NCBI GenBank assembly: GCA_050011195.1
Contig: JBEKJO010000001.1
Coordinates: forward strand, 6,640-70,639
Source of the DNA: Verrucomicrobiota bacterium
Lineage (GTDB): Bacteria > Verrucomicrobiota > Verrucomicrobiia > Limisphaerales > UBA8199
DNA length: 64,000 nt
Direction of reading: 5' to 3'
Shown: positions 1 to 8,532 of the stretch, piece by piece
Numbering within the stretch: the stretch's first letter is position 1
Layout: each line of letters starts with the position of its first letter
Position numbers and translations under genes: made by a program
Notes under the pieces: model-generated
The model's database searches: none
Told to the model about the DNA's origin: nothing
What the model saw: only the letters and a program-made list of their open reading frames with translations

Positions 1-249
1 CGGCTTGGGCTGGTCGGGATGCACCACAACGGTCAGCCCGCGCGAATCCAGCTTCTTCAACGCCGCCACCAGCGGCGCCTCATTCTCGCCGGGGACCTCG
101 ACGCGCAGGATTCCGGCAAACTGGCCGCCCAAACGCGACATGCGGCTCTCCAGCCAATTTCCGCCGTGCTCCGCCACCAGGGCGGCGACGGAGCCCACCA
201 GGCCGGGCCGGTCCGGGCCGATCACGGTCATTACGAGCAAGCGTTGCAT
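1..249 (-). CDS. ACT-domain protein (GcvR-like), partial; runs off the left edge
   Basis: Reverse translation from ATG at 249 gives MQRLLVMTVIGPDRPGLVGSVAALVAEHGGNWLESRMSRLGGQFAGILRVEVPGENEAPLVAALKKL..., open to position 1. It is absent from the ORF track because there is no stop in the window. ACT-type VxGxDRPGLV signature. Confidence 0.6.
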   Translation of the reverse strand, partial: MQRLLVMTVIGPDRPGLVGSVAALVAEHGGNWLESRMSRLGGQFAGILRVEVPGENEAPLVAALKKLDSRGLTVVVHPDQPKP

Positions 250-267
250 AGATTACCCTGCTGCCGC

Positions 268-492
268 TCAGTCGCCGACCTTGTGAGCTTTGCGGCGTGT
301 GCCTGGGCGAATCGAAACCACGTGGAGCGGATCGATAATGTCGAGCAGCCCTTTCTGGTCCTCGACGACAATGTTGCGCCGACCCACTAATACAAACTCG
401 GGATGGGGCACAGTGAATTGCTTGCCGTCCGAGGTACGGATGGTGAACGGTCCACGCCCCACCAATTGCTGTCGAATCAAGTCTCGATTCAT
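268..492 (-). CDS. small hypothetical protein (start 492 or 540)
   Basis: ORF 268..540. The internal ATG at 492 gives MNRDLIRQQLVGRGPFTIRTSDGKQFTVPHPEFVLVGRRNIVVEDQKG.... It ends 18 nt upstream of the ACT gene on the same strand. No family recognised. Confidence 0.45.
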   Translation of the reverse strand: MNRDLIRQQLVGRGPFTIRTSDGKQFTVPHPEFVLVGRRNIVVEDQKGLLDIIDPLHVVSIRPGTRRKAHKVGD

Positions 493-616
493 GACAAATA
501 TATGGCCCGGGGCAACATACTCGTCAAGCACTCCGCCCAAAACCAGTTGTCGGCGTTCTCATTTGGCTTCATACAGAGGAGTCCGTAGCAGTGGGCTACA
601 CTCAGCACGTATGGCA

Positions 617-661
617 GCTCTCCCTCTCCCCATCTGATGGGGAGAGGGCCGGGGTGAGGGG
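617..661. repeat. short hairpin element family G, copy 1 (inverted orientation)
   Basis: ccctctccccatctgatggggagagggccggggtgagggg. Confidence 0.8.
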
Positions 662-675
662 CCGCCGTGCATAGT

Positions 676-1428
676 CTATTCTCCAGTCTGCCCTGTAAGC
701 GCATGGAGTGTGCGTTTGAAGATCTCTTCCGGTGAGCCTTCGGCCGGGATTGAAAGCAGCAGCTTCCGTCGCCGATAGAAATCAGCCAGCGGCGCGGTGC
801 TCCGTTCATAGGCTTCCATGCGCACACGAATTGATTCCGGCCGGTCGTCTTCCCGTTGGTACAAATTGCCGCCGCAGTGATCGCAAACACCCGCGACCCT
901 GGGTGGCCGGGCTTCGATATGGAACACCGCCTTGCAATTTGGGCACGTGCGCCGCCCGCTCAAACGAGACACCACTTGCTCCAGCGGCAGGTCATAGCTT
1001 AACACCGCGTCGAGCTTGAGCTTCTCGCCGGCCAATAGCTTTTCGAGCGCCTCGGCCTGGGCGACCGTGCGGGGAAAGCCGTCCAGCAGAAAGCCGCCCT
1101 CGCAACGGAGGCAGCCCACTCGTTCGGCCACCAGCGCCAGCACCGTCTCATCCGGCACCAGGTCGCCGCGGCGCATATACTCCAGCGCCGCCGTCAACGC
1201 CGGGGTGCGTTCGCTGGCATCCAGCGCCTTGGCCGCCCGGAAGATGTCGCCCGTGGAAAGATGGCAGGCACCGAGGTTCGCGCAGAGCAACTCCGCCTGG
1301 GTGCCTTTGCCGACGCCCGGCGCGCCCAGCAACACCAGCCGGCGCGGAAACTCCTGTCGTTTGGGCGGCGGCTCACACTGCGCGCTTCCGCCTCTCAGCC
1401 AAGCCTTTCGCTCTCGTGTTATTTCCAT
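676..1428 (-). CDS. adk: adenylate kinase
   Basis: P-loop LVLLGAPGVGKGTQAELL and a zinc lid (CPNC...CDHCG). N-terminal ~28 aa extension, so the true start is uncertain. Confidence 0.9.
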   Translation of the reverse strand: MEITRERKAWLRGGSAQCEPPPKRQEFPRRLVLLGAPGVGKGTQAELLCANLGACHLSTGDIFRAAKALDASERTPALTAALEYMRRGDLVPDETVLALVAERVGCLRCEGGFLLDGFPRTVAQAEALEKLLAGEKLKLDAVLSYDLPLEQVVSRLSGRRTCPNCKAVFHIEARPPRVAGVCDHCGGNLYQREDDRPESIRVRMEAYERSTAPLADFYRRRKLLLSIPAEGSPEEIFKRTLHALTGQTGE

Positions 1429-1575
1429 GCTTGTGATCAGGTTTTTCCAAGTGTAGCCACCGCCGGGCTGCGCGCCAGATTATTCAACAGCACACCTCTC
1501 GCGGGGGCGCATCCGAGCACTGCCCCCGAGAGTGGTCCGATCTAGTGGAATCTCGCCCCTGCTTCGACCCAAAGG

Positions 1576-1621
1576 CCCCTCCTCTCCCCAGCCCTCTCCT
1601 CCATTTCATGGAGGAGAGGGA
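1576..1621. repeat. short hairpin element family G, copy 2
   Basis: cccctcctctccccagccctctcctccatttcatggaggagaggg. Confidence 0.75.
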
Positions 1622-1759
1622 GTTCTGTCACGGGTATCCCGGGGGCAGTGTCAAAGTGCGCCCCTCTCGCGGTCCCGTATACACCACGGGCTGCTGAGGA
1701 TGAAGATCAAGTTCTACCGGAAGCCGAGGCTGGAACTTCGACGCGAGCGCAGGACGCAA

Positions 1760-2476
1760 TTAGCGGTGTCCGCCGAAATGCCCACCACCGCGAAACCCGC
1801 CGCCATACCCGCCGCGATACCCGCCGTAGTACCTGCCACCGCCAAAGCCGAAACCGAACACGACCGAAGGGCCGTAATAGTAAGGATAGCCGTAGTAGTA
1901 AGGATAGCCCCCGTAGTAGTAAGGGTAGTAGCTTGGGGACGAATAATAGACGGTGGAGGCCGGAGCGTAAGTGGCTTCAGGCTGAACGTAAACCGGCGCC
2001 GATTGAGCATACGCCGCGGCATTTTGGGCTGCGGCCTGCTGTGCTGCTGCCTGCGCGGCGGCAGCGGCGTTGGCGTCCGGATAGACGGGCACCGGCGGCG
2101 CAGCGGGCGCGCTGGGCGGAGCGGTTTGAGCGGCCATTTCCGCTGGCACGTTCCTGCGCTGGTCCAGCATGGCGGTAATCACGCGGTCAGAGACCCCTTG
2201 GTCGCGCAGATACAGGATGTCTTTGGGTGCGAGGTTATAGATCGTCCCCGAGTTGTGTACAAAAGTCAGCATCACATCTTCGCTGACTTGTGCGCGACTG
2301 AGCTTGAGGATGTCCTCAACGCCGTACGGCAGTGTGACCGGTGCGGAAGCCGTTTGGGCCGGGGTTAAGGTTGTCGTTGTGGTTGGCGCTGGAGTTTGTG
2401 CCGTGGCGCTTAAGGCCACGAGGGAAGCTGCGCCGAGGCTTGCAAACAGGCACATTCGAGAAGTCCGCGTTTTCAT
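1760..2476 (-). CDS. secreted protein with Ala/Pro/Gln linker and extreme Gly/Tyr-rich C-terminus
   Basis: Signal-peptide-like N-terminus MKTRTSRMCLFASLGAASLVALSATAQ. C-terminus is YYSSPSYYPYYYGGYPYYYGYPYYYGPSVVFGFGFGGGRYYGGYRGGYGGGFRGGGHFGGHR. Confidence 0.6.
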   Translation of the reverse strand: MKTRTSRMCLFASLGAASLVALSATAQTPAPTTTTTLTPAQTASAPVTLPYGVEDILKLSRAQVSEDVMLTFVHNSGTIYNLAPKDILYLRDQGVSDRVITAMLDQRRNVPAEMAAQTAPPSAPAAPPVPVYPDANAAAAAQAAAQQAAAQNAAAYAQSAPVYVQPEATYAPASTVYYSSPSYYPYYYGGYPYYYGYPYYYGPSVVFGFGFGGGRYYGGYRGGYGGGFRGGGHFGGHR

Positions 2477-2748
2477 AAAACGATAGTTATTCAGTTCTAA
2501 ACCAAGTTCGCCTGGAAAGGCCGGGCAGTCAAGCCCTCCGAAGCCGCTCCGGGCACAGAGCCCTAATCCCTGCTCATAATACCGTTAGTACTTTGACGCG
2601 ACTGCTGCGCTTTGTATTCGAGGTTTCCTGGTTTGTATTGTCAGAGGTCAACCCATTCGTTATTCATCAGCGGCGTTCCGACCACCGGAGAGGTGGGACA
2701 TGCTGCGGTTGGGGACAGCCGCACGCCGACTGTGACGCTGCTTTGAAC

Positions 2749-3741
2749 ATGAAGATTAAAATTGCGCAATTCGGCCTGGGCCCCATCGGGCTGGAAACCT
2801 TGAAACTCGCCGCCGGGAAGCCCTGGGCGGAAATCGTTGGCGGCGTCGATATCGACCCGGCGAAGATTGGCCAGGATTTGGGCGCGCTCACGCGGATGAA
2901 AAGCCTGTGTGGCCGCCAGGTCTGGGGTTCGCTGGAGGAGTTAGTCCATTGCGCCCGGCCGGATGTCATCTTTCACACCGCCGTGTCCAGGTTCAAAGAC
3001 GCGTTCGCGCAGATTGAGCCTATGGCCCGCCAGGGCATCAGCGTGGTTTCTTCGTGCGAGGAACTGCTCTTTCCCCGGCTCCGCGAACCCAGGCTGGCCG
3101 CGAAACTCGATGAGGTTTGCCGGAAAAGCGGCGCGCGCGTCGTTGGCACCGGTGTGAATCCCGGGTTCGTTATGGACCTCCTGCCCGTTTGTCTGACGGG
3201 CGTCAGCCGGGAAGTCCGGGCCGTTCATGTCCAACGCGTGGTAAACGCCTCCACCCGCCGCGCCCCGCTGCAGAAGAAGATCGGCAGCGGTCTGCCGCCT
3301 GAAGAATTCCGACGCCTGTTTAAGCAAGGCAAAGCCGGCCACGCTGGCTTGAAAGAGTCCCTCGCGCTCATCGCTCACTGTCTGGGCTGGAAAACAAACA
3401 ACATCGTCGAGACCGGCGACGCAGTCGTGGCGGACCACCATATCAGCACGCAGTACCTGGAAGTGAAGAAAGGCCAGACCTGTGGACTCCACCAGCGCGC
3501 TGAGGCCACCGTGAACGGCAGGGTTTGTATCACGCTGGACCTGAAGATGTATCTCGACGCCAAGAATCCGCACGACGCAGTCCAGATCGAGGGCGAACCG
3601 CCGCTGGACGTCCTCATCAACGGCGGCGTGGCGGGCGACCAGGCCACTGTCGCCGCCCTGGTGAACACCGCGCCGCGGTTGCTCAAGGCCCCGGCAGGGT
3701 TGCTGCTGATGACCGATTTGCCGGTGCCGCGGATTGCCTGA
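2749..3741 (+). CDS. NAD(P)-binding oxidoreductase, DapB-like / amine dehydrogenase family (tentative)
   Basis: ATG at 2749 gives MKIKIAQFGLGPIGLETLKLAAGKPWAEIVGGVDIDPAKIG (Rossmann GxGxxG). The track ORF starts at 2593, but that extension looks non-coding. Confidence 0.55.
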   Translation: MKIKIAQFGLGPIGLETLKLAAGKPWAEIVGGVDIDPAKIGQDLGALTRMKSLCGRQVWGSLEELVHCARPDVIFHTAVSRFKDAFAQIEPMARQGISVVSSCEELLFPRLREPRLAAKLDEVCRKSGARVVGTGVNPGFVMDLLPVCLTGVSREVRAVHVQRVVNASTRRAPLQKKIGSGLPPEEFRRLFKQGKAGHAGLKESLALIAHCLGWKTNNIVETGDAVVADHHISTQYLEVKKGQTCGLHQRAEATVNGRVCITLDLKMYLDAKNPHDAVQIEGEPPLDVLINGGVAGDQATVAALVNTAPRLLKAPAGLLLMTDLPVPRIA

Positions 3742-3926
3742 CGGGCCGGTCCGGGGCAGACAGAACTCTGCTTTCAGCGCTCATCGTTTCCGCGCTGGAG
3801 GCGTCACCGCAATCAGGCTGCCGAGCCGCAAGGCTTTGTTCCCGGTGAATCCCCGAGGCGATTATCCGTATTCTCCTGAATTGCCTCGGCGCGCCGGGCG
3901 GGCGAAGTTTGTGGCAGGCACAGCTT

Positions 3927-4160
3927 ATGAAAATGTTGTTCTCCGCATCTGACCGCGAACAGGTTCAAGTGGTCAGGAAGAAACTGTTCGAGGCGGGCAT
4001 TCGTTGCGAAGTCCGCCAGAACCCCGTCGCCCAGGGCGTCTTTGGAATCCCTTCTTATCCGGAATTATGGGTCAACGAGGACGGCGATATTCTCAAGGCC
4101 TTGAAGTTGTTGGGAAATCGGCGCCTGAGCCAAATGACGGTGATTTTCTCCGGGAGTTAA
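3927..4160 (+). CDS. small protein, DUF2007-like (tentative)
   Basis: MKMLFSASDREQVQVVRKKLFEAGIRCEVRQNP...WVNEDGDILKALKLL. The pattern resembles the small 'putative signal transducing protein' fold; weak call. Confidence 0.4.
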   Translation: MKMLFSASDREQVQVVRKKLFEAGIRCEVRQNPVAQGVFGIPSYPELWVNEDGDILKALKLLGNRRLSQMTVIFSGS

Positions 4161-4201
4161 GGCCCTTTGCCGTTTGGATTCCTCGGGCGGGGCGTAACCG
4201 A

Positions 4202-4362
4202 GCACTGCCCCCGAGGAGTGCCAACACTCTGCGGTAACGGACCGCGAGCCGTCCCCGGCTCGCAGCGCGTTCGACCGTGCGGGGAACGGGCAGGAGGTTT
4301 GATCGCCGTTTCGCATATGTAGCCGCTGCGAGCCGGGGACGGCTCGCGGTCCGGGGGCAGTG
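4202..4362. repeat. palindromic element family A, copy 1
   Basis: Arms cggaccgcgagccgtccccggctcgcagcgcgtt (4238..) and gctgcgagccggggacggctcgcggtccg (..4352), with outer gcactgccccc/ggggcagtgc. Intergenic. Confidence 0.85.
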
Positions 4363-4477
4363 CCCGAACGCGCCCAGTCGGCCTGGGGTCGGGGGAATCC
4401 CCTCGGCCGGAAAGTTCCTCATTGTTAAGCTTGCCAAACGCCCTGGCATCCCTAGATTTAGCCGCTCATTCAAGTAT

Positions 4478-4822
4478 ATGACCTTAATTAGTCCGTACGC
4501 GTTCTTGGCGTTGGCGCCCCCGGCGCAGCCGGGGCAGCAAGCGCCGCCGGCGTGGGTGAACATGGTGCCGCTGGCCCTGCTCGTCGCGGTTTTTTACTTC
4601 GCCCTCATCCGTCCTCAGCAGAAGAAAACCAAGGAACACGCTGCTCTCCTGAAGGCGGTGCGCGCGGGCGATAAGATCGTGACCAGCAGCGGCATTGTCG
4701 CCGTCGTCGTGACCGTCAAAGAGAAAACCCTCACCGTCCGCTCCGCGGACGCCAAACTTGAAATCACCAAATCCGCCATTGCCGAAATCACCGAGCGCAG
4801 CGGCGAACCCAGCGAATCCTGA
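4478..4822 (+). CDS. yajC: preprotein translocase subunit YajC
   Basis: VPLALLVAVFYFALIRPQQKKTKEHAALLKAVRAGDKIVTSSGIVAVVVTV, immediately upstream of secDF. The track start 4277 lies in a palindromic repeat, so I trimmed to the ATG at 4478. Confidence 0.85.
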   Translation: MTLISPYAFLALAPPAQPGQQAPPAWVNMVPLALLVAVFYFALIRPQQKKTKEHAALLKAVRAGDKIVTSSGIVAVVVTVKEKTLTVRSADAKLEITKSAIAEITERSGEPSES

Positions 4823-4831
4823 TTTACTCTC

Positions 4832-7324
4832 ATGAACCGCAACAACTTCTGGAGATTCATTCTTGTTCTCCTTGTCATCCTCTGGTCCCTCTATGAGCTC
4901 TATCCGCCCGAGGGGCGCGACCTCCTGCTGTTCTTTCGTGAGAAGGCCGTAGGCCGGGACCCGGCCTTTACCGCCATTTTCCAGAAAGCCCAGGCCCTCC
5001 AAAAGGCCATGCCGGAGAAACCCTACGACAATCTGGTCGAGGCCATCGGCACCAATGACATCACGCGCTATTTCCCCTCCTTCGGAGCGAAGGAAGAGCT
5101 GCACCCGACGGCTTTCATCCTCAACCGCTTGCAGCGCGAAGCCGCCGGCCGCATCCGGCTGGGCCTCGACCTGCAAGGCGGCACTTCATTCCTCGTGGAA
5201 ATGGACACCAACCGGCTGGCCCAGGCCTCCGATGCCAGCACCGCCCTCTCTCATGCGGTCGAAGTCCTGCGCAAGCGCGTTGACAAATTCGGCGTCGCCG
5301 AGCCGCTCATCCAGCCGGAGGGCAACAATCGCATTCTCGTCCAACTGCCCGGTTTGTCTGCTGCCGTCCAGGAAAGCGCCAAAGTGGCCATTCAAAAGGC
5401 CGCCTTCCTCGAATTCCGCCTGGTCAGCCCGACCAGCGATCAGGACATCAAAGACGGCATCGTCCAACCGGGCTACGAAGTCCTCCGACGCAAGGAAACG
5501 ATGCGCAATGGCCGTGAACGTGTGGAAGAGGTTGAGGTCCGGAAGCGGGCTGAAATGACCGGCAGCGGCATCAAGAGCGCGATGGTCGTGCGCGGCAACC
5601 TGGGCGAGCCGGAAATCCACTTCACGCTGGATTCCAAGGGAGCCGAGCGCTTTGCCGACATCACCCGCGATAATGTCCACCAACGCCTGGCCATCGTTCT
5701 GGACGGCGAACTCTATTCTGCGCCGGTAATCCAAACGCCCATTGAAACGGGCAGTGGCCAGATCACCGGCCAGTTCGACAACCGGGAGGCCTTCGAGTTG
5801 GCCAACGTCCTGGAGAATCCGCTCCGCGCGCCGCTGCACATTGTCCAGTCGCGGGAAGTCAACCCGACCCTCGGCAAGGATTCCATCCGCAGCGGCATCA
5901 AAGCCGCCATCTACGGAACGCTGGCCGTCTCGGCCTTCATGCTCGTTTATTACCTCATCTCCGGCATGGTGGCCAACGTGGCCCTCATCGCCAACATCAT
6001 CATCCTGCTGGGCGTCATGTGCTCGGTCGGCACCACCCTGACCCTGCCCGGTATCGCCGGCGTCGTCCTGACCGTCGGCATGGCCGTGGACGCCAACGTC
6101 CTCATCTACGAACGTATTCGCGAGGAGACGGCCAAGGGTAAATCCCTGCGCGGCGCGATCGCCGCCGGTTACGCCCGCGCCTTCGGCACCATTTTCGACT
6201 CCCACGTCACGACGCTCATCTCCTCGGTCATTCTCATGTATATGGGCACCGGTTCCATCAAGGGCTTCGGTGTCGCGCTCACCATCGGTGTCCTCGCCAG
6301 CTTGTTCACCGCGCTGGTCGTCACGCGCATGATCTTCGACTGGCTGCTGGACCGCGGCTGGCTCAAGGCGCTGCCGATGTTTCACCTTATCCGGGCGACC
6401 AAGCTCGATTTCATGAGGCTCGCCAAACCGGCCTTCGTGATGTCGTGGATCCTCATCGCCATCGGCGTGGGCTGGGGTTGGCATCGCGGCAAAACCGCCT
6501 TCGGCGTGGATTTCCTCGGCGGTGATACCGCCATCTTTGCCTTCGCGCAGAAGTCCGATGAAGCCGTCGTGCGCTCCGCCCTCACCGAGGCCGGCATCAA
6601 AGACCCCCTGATTCAATATCAAAAGGACCTGAGCAGCGGACGTGAGACGCTCCGCGTGGACTCCACCACCGGGACGGGTGACAAAGTCAAGGCCGTGCTG
6701 TCCGAGGTTCCTGCCGCTAAATTCCGCCTGCTGAGCCAAGACCACATCGGCGCCACCGTCGGCCAGGAAATCCAGAAGTCCGCCGTGGTCGCGGGCTTGC
6801 TTTCCTTGTTCGGCATCTTGATCTACGTCGCTGTTCGCTACGAGTTCTCGTTTGCCGTGGGCGCGGTGTTGGCCGTAATCCATGACGTGCTCATGACTAT
6901 CGGCTGGTACTGCCTCTCGGGCCGCGAGTTCAACGCCACCACCGTGGCGGCTATCCTGACCATTATCGGCTTCTCCACCAACGACACCATCGTCATCTTT
7001 GACCGTATCCGCGAGAACCTGAAGCTGGGCCTCCGCGGCACCTTCCGCGAAGTGATGAACCAGGCGCTCAATCAAACCCTGAGCCGCACCATCATCACCT
7101 CCGGCACCGTCTTTCTGGCCACCACCTCGCTGTTCATCTTCGGCGGCGGCGCGATCAACGACTTCGCTTTTACCTTCCTTATCGGCATCATCACCGGCAC
7201 CTACTCCAGCATCTACATCGCCAGCGCCCTGGTCCTCTGGTGGCATAAAGGTCAGCGCCCGCACATTGGGGCCGGGCCGCAGGCCGCCGTGGACCTCAAG
7301 GTGCCGGTTCCCGCGCGAGGGTAG
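4832..7324 (+). CDS. secDF: protein translocase subunit SecDF (fused)
   Basis: 830 aa. SecD-like N-terminus with periplasmic domain, two 6-TM blocks, and a SecF-like GVDFLGGD segment. Confidence 0.92.
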   Translation: MNRNNFWRFILVLLVILWSLYELYPPEGRDLLLFFREKAVGRDPAFTAIFQKAQALQKAMPEKPYDNLVEAIGTNDITRYFPSFGAKEELHPTAFILNRLQREAAGRIRLGLDLQGGTSFLVEMDTNRLAQASDASTALSHAVEVLRKRVDKFGVAEPLIQPEGNNRILVQLPGLSAAVQESAKVAIQKAAFLEFRLVSPTSDQDIKDGIVQPGYEVLRRKETMRNGRERVEEVEVRKRAEMTGSGIKSAMVVRGNLGEPEIHFTLDSKGAERFADITRDNVHQRLAIVLDGELYSAPVIQTPIETGSGQITGQFDNREAFELANVLENPLRAPLHIVQSREVNPTLGKDSIRSGIKAAIYGTLAVSAFMLVYYLISGMVANVALIANIIILLGVMCSVGTTLTLPGIAGVVLTVGMAVDANVLIYERIREETAKGKSLRGAIAAGYARAFGTIFDSHVTTLISSVILMYMGTGSIKGFGVALTIGVLASLFTALVVTRMIFDWLLDRGWLKALPMFHLIRATKLDFMRLAKPAFVMSWILIAIGVGWGWHRGKTAFGVDFLGGDTAIFAFAQKSDEAVVRSALTEAGIKDPLIQYQKDLSSGRETLRVDSTTGTGDKVKAVLSEVPAAKFRLLSQDHIGATVGQEIQKSAVVAGLLSLFGILIYVAVRYEFSFAVGAVLAVIHDVLMTIGWYCLSGREFNATTVAAILTIIGFSTNDTIVIFDRIRENLKLGLRGTFREVMNQALNQTLSRTIITSGTVFLATTSLFIFGGGAINDFAFTFLIGIITGTYSSIYIASALVLWWHKGQRPHIGAGPQAAVDLKVPVPARG

Positions 7325-7340
7325 CTGCTTTCCCGGTGAC

Positions 7341-8321
7341 ATGTTCGCCGTGGTTGAAATCACCGGCTGGCACTGGGTTGGTTTCATCGCCTGCGTCCTG
7401 ATCTTTCTGGCGCTCGACCTCGGCCTCTTCCATCGCCACGCCCACACCGTCACGTTCAAGGAAGCGCTCGTCTGGAGCGTCGTCTGGTTCTCCCTGGCGA
7501 TGCTCTTCGCCTCCGCCCTCAAACCCTTGCGCGGAAAGCAGGAGACCCTCCAATTCGTCACCGGCTATCTGATCGAGCTGTCACTCTCGATGGACAACCT
7601 CTTTGTCATCGCCCTCGTCTTCGCCTACTTCCGCATCCCCCGGGAACACCAGCATCGCGTCCTCTACTGGGGCATTCTGGGTGCGCTGATCATGCGTGGC
7701 CTGATGATCGGCCTGAGCCTCGCCCTCATCGCCCTGCTGGATTGGGTCCTCTACCTCTTCGGCGCCTTCCTCCTCTACAGCGGCTTCAGGATGCTCTTCG
7801 TCCACACCGAAGTGCATCCGGAGAACAATCGCGTGGTCCAGTGGGCGCGAAAACTCTATCCCGTCACGCCGGATCTCCACGGGCAGAGATTCGTGACTCG
7901 CTGGGAAGGCCGGAAAGCGCTCACTCCCCTGGCGCTGGTTCTCCTGATGGTCGAAACCACCGACCTGCTCTTCGCCGTGGATTCCATCCCGGCGGTCTTC
8001 GCGGTCACGCGCAAGCCCTTCATCGTGTTCACCTCGAACGTCTTTGCCATTCTCGGCCTGCGTTCCCTTTACTTCCTCCTGGCAGGCGCCATCGGCTATT
8101 TCCGCTCCTTGAAATACGCCCTGCCCATCGTTTTGGTGTTTATGGGCGTCGAAATGTTGCTTGACCCGCACGACCGTCCGCCGCGCGGGATTCAGGTCGA
8201 GATTCCCACCTCTGTTTCGTTGCTCGTCGTCGCGGGCATCCTGCTGACTTCCATCGTCCTGTCCCTCACCGCCGCCTGGCGCGAAAAAGGGCACACTGCC
8301 AAAACTCCACCACCCAGATGA
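7341..8321 (+). CDS. TerC-family integral membrane protein
   Basis: Multi-TM protein with the LELSLSMDNLFVIALVF motif. ATG at 7341 (MFAVVEITGW). Confidence 0.85.
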   Translation: MFAVVEITGWHWVGFIACVLIFLALDLGLFHRHAHTVTFKEALVWSVVWFSLAMLFASALKPLRGKQETLQFVTGYLIELSLSMDNLFVIALVFAYFRIPREHQHRVLYWGILGALIMRGLMIGLSLALIALLDWVLYLFGAFLLYSGFRMLFVHTEVHPENNRVVQWARKLYPVTPDLHGQRFVTRWEGRKALTPLALVLLMVETTDLLFAVDSIPAVFAVTRKPFIVFTSNVFAILGLRSLYFLLAGAIGYFRSLKYALPIVLVFMGVEMLLDPHDRPPRGIQVEIPTSVSLLVVAGILLTSIVLSLTAAWREKGHTAKTPPPR

Positions 8322-8415
8322 TTTCCTTGCGCCGCCCCGGATTCGGGTTCCATGAACCTTCCACCCCGCTACTGAGGGTTCCCCCTGTCCCCTTCGGAAG
8401 GGGTGTCCGTTTAGC

Positions 8416-8526
8416 GCGGCGCGCGGACATTCTTGTCCGCAGCCTGCCCCGAAGAGGAATAAGGACCGGACTTGTAACCCGTGTTGGCGAAACATGTGGC
8501 TGCGGACAAGAATGTCCGCGCGCCGC
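8416..8526. repeat. palindromic element family B, copy 1
   Basis: Arms gcggcgcgcggacattcttgtccgcagcc and ggctgcggacaagaatgtccgcgcgccgc, just upstream of the recJ start. Confidence 0.85.
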
Positions 8527-8532
8527 CAGGAA

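Noticed and set aside
4277-4477. N-terminal 67-codon extension of the yajC ORF. The same applies to 8494..8532 for recJ, 2593..2748, 7266..7340, 16796..16843, 34633..34935, 50322..50474 and 51667..51783.
   Set aside because: The extensions translate palindromic repeats or overlap the upstream gene. Internal ATGs give N-termini matching the expected family starts.
5186-7561. 791-aa ORF antisense to secDF. Similar long shadow ORFs occur at 8548..10407, 26176..27360, 27376..28410, 28946..30670, 41076..42497, 49155..50390, 50800..51807, 54805..56271, 55950..57308, 58250..59164, 59564..60523 and 61579..62871.
   Set aside because: Each lies opposite a gene with unambiguous conserved motifs. Their translations are Arg/Gly/Ala/Asp-rich low-complexity sequence, typical of stop-poor antisense frames in high-GC DNA.
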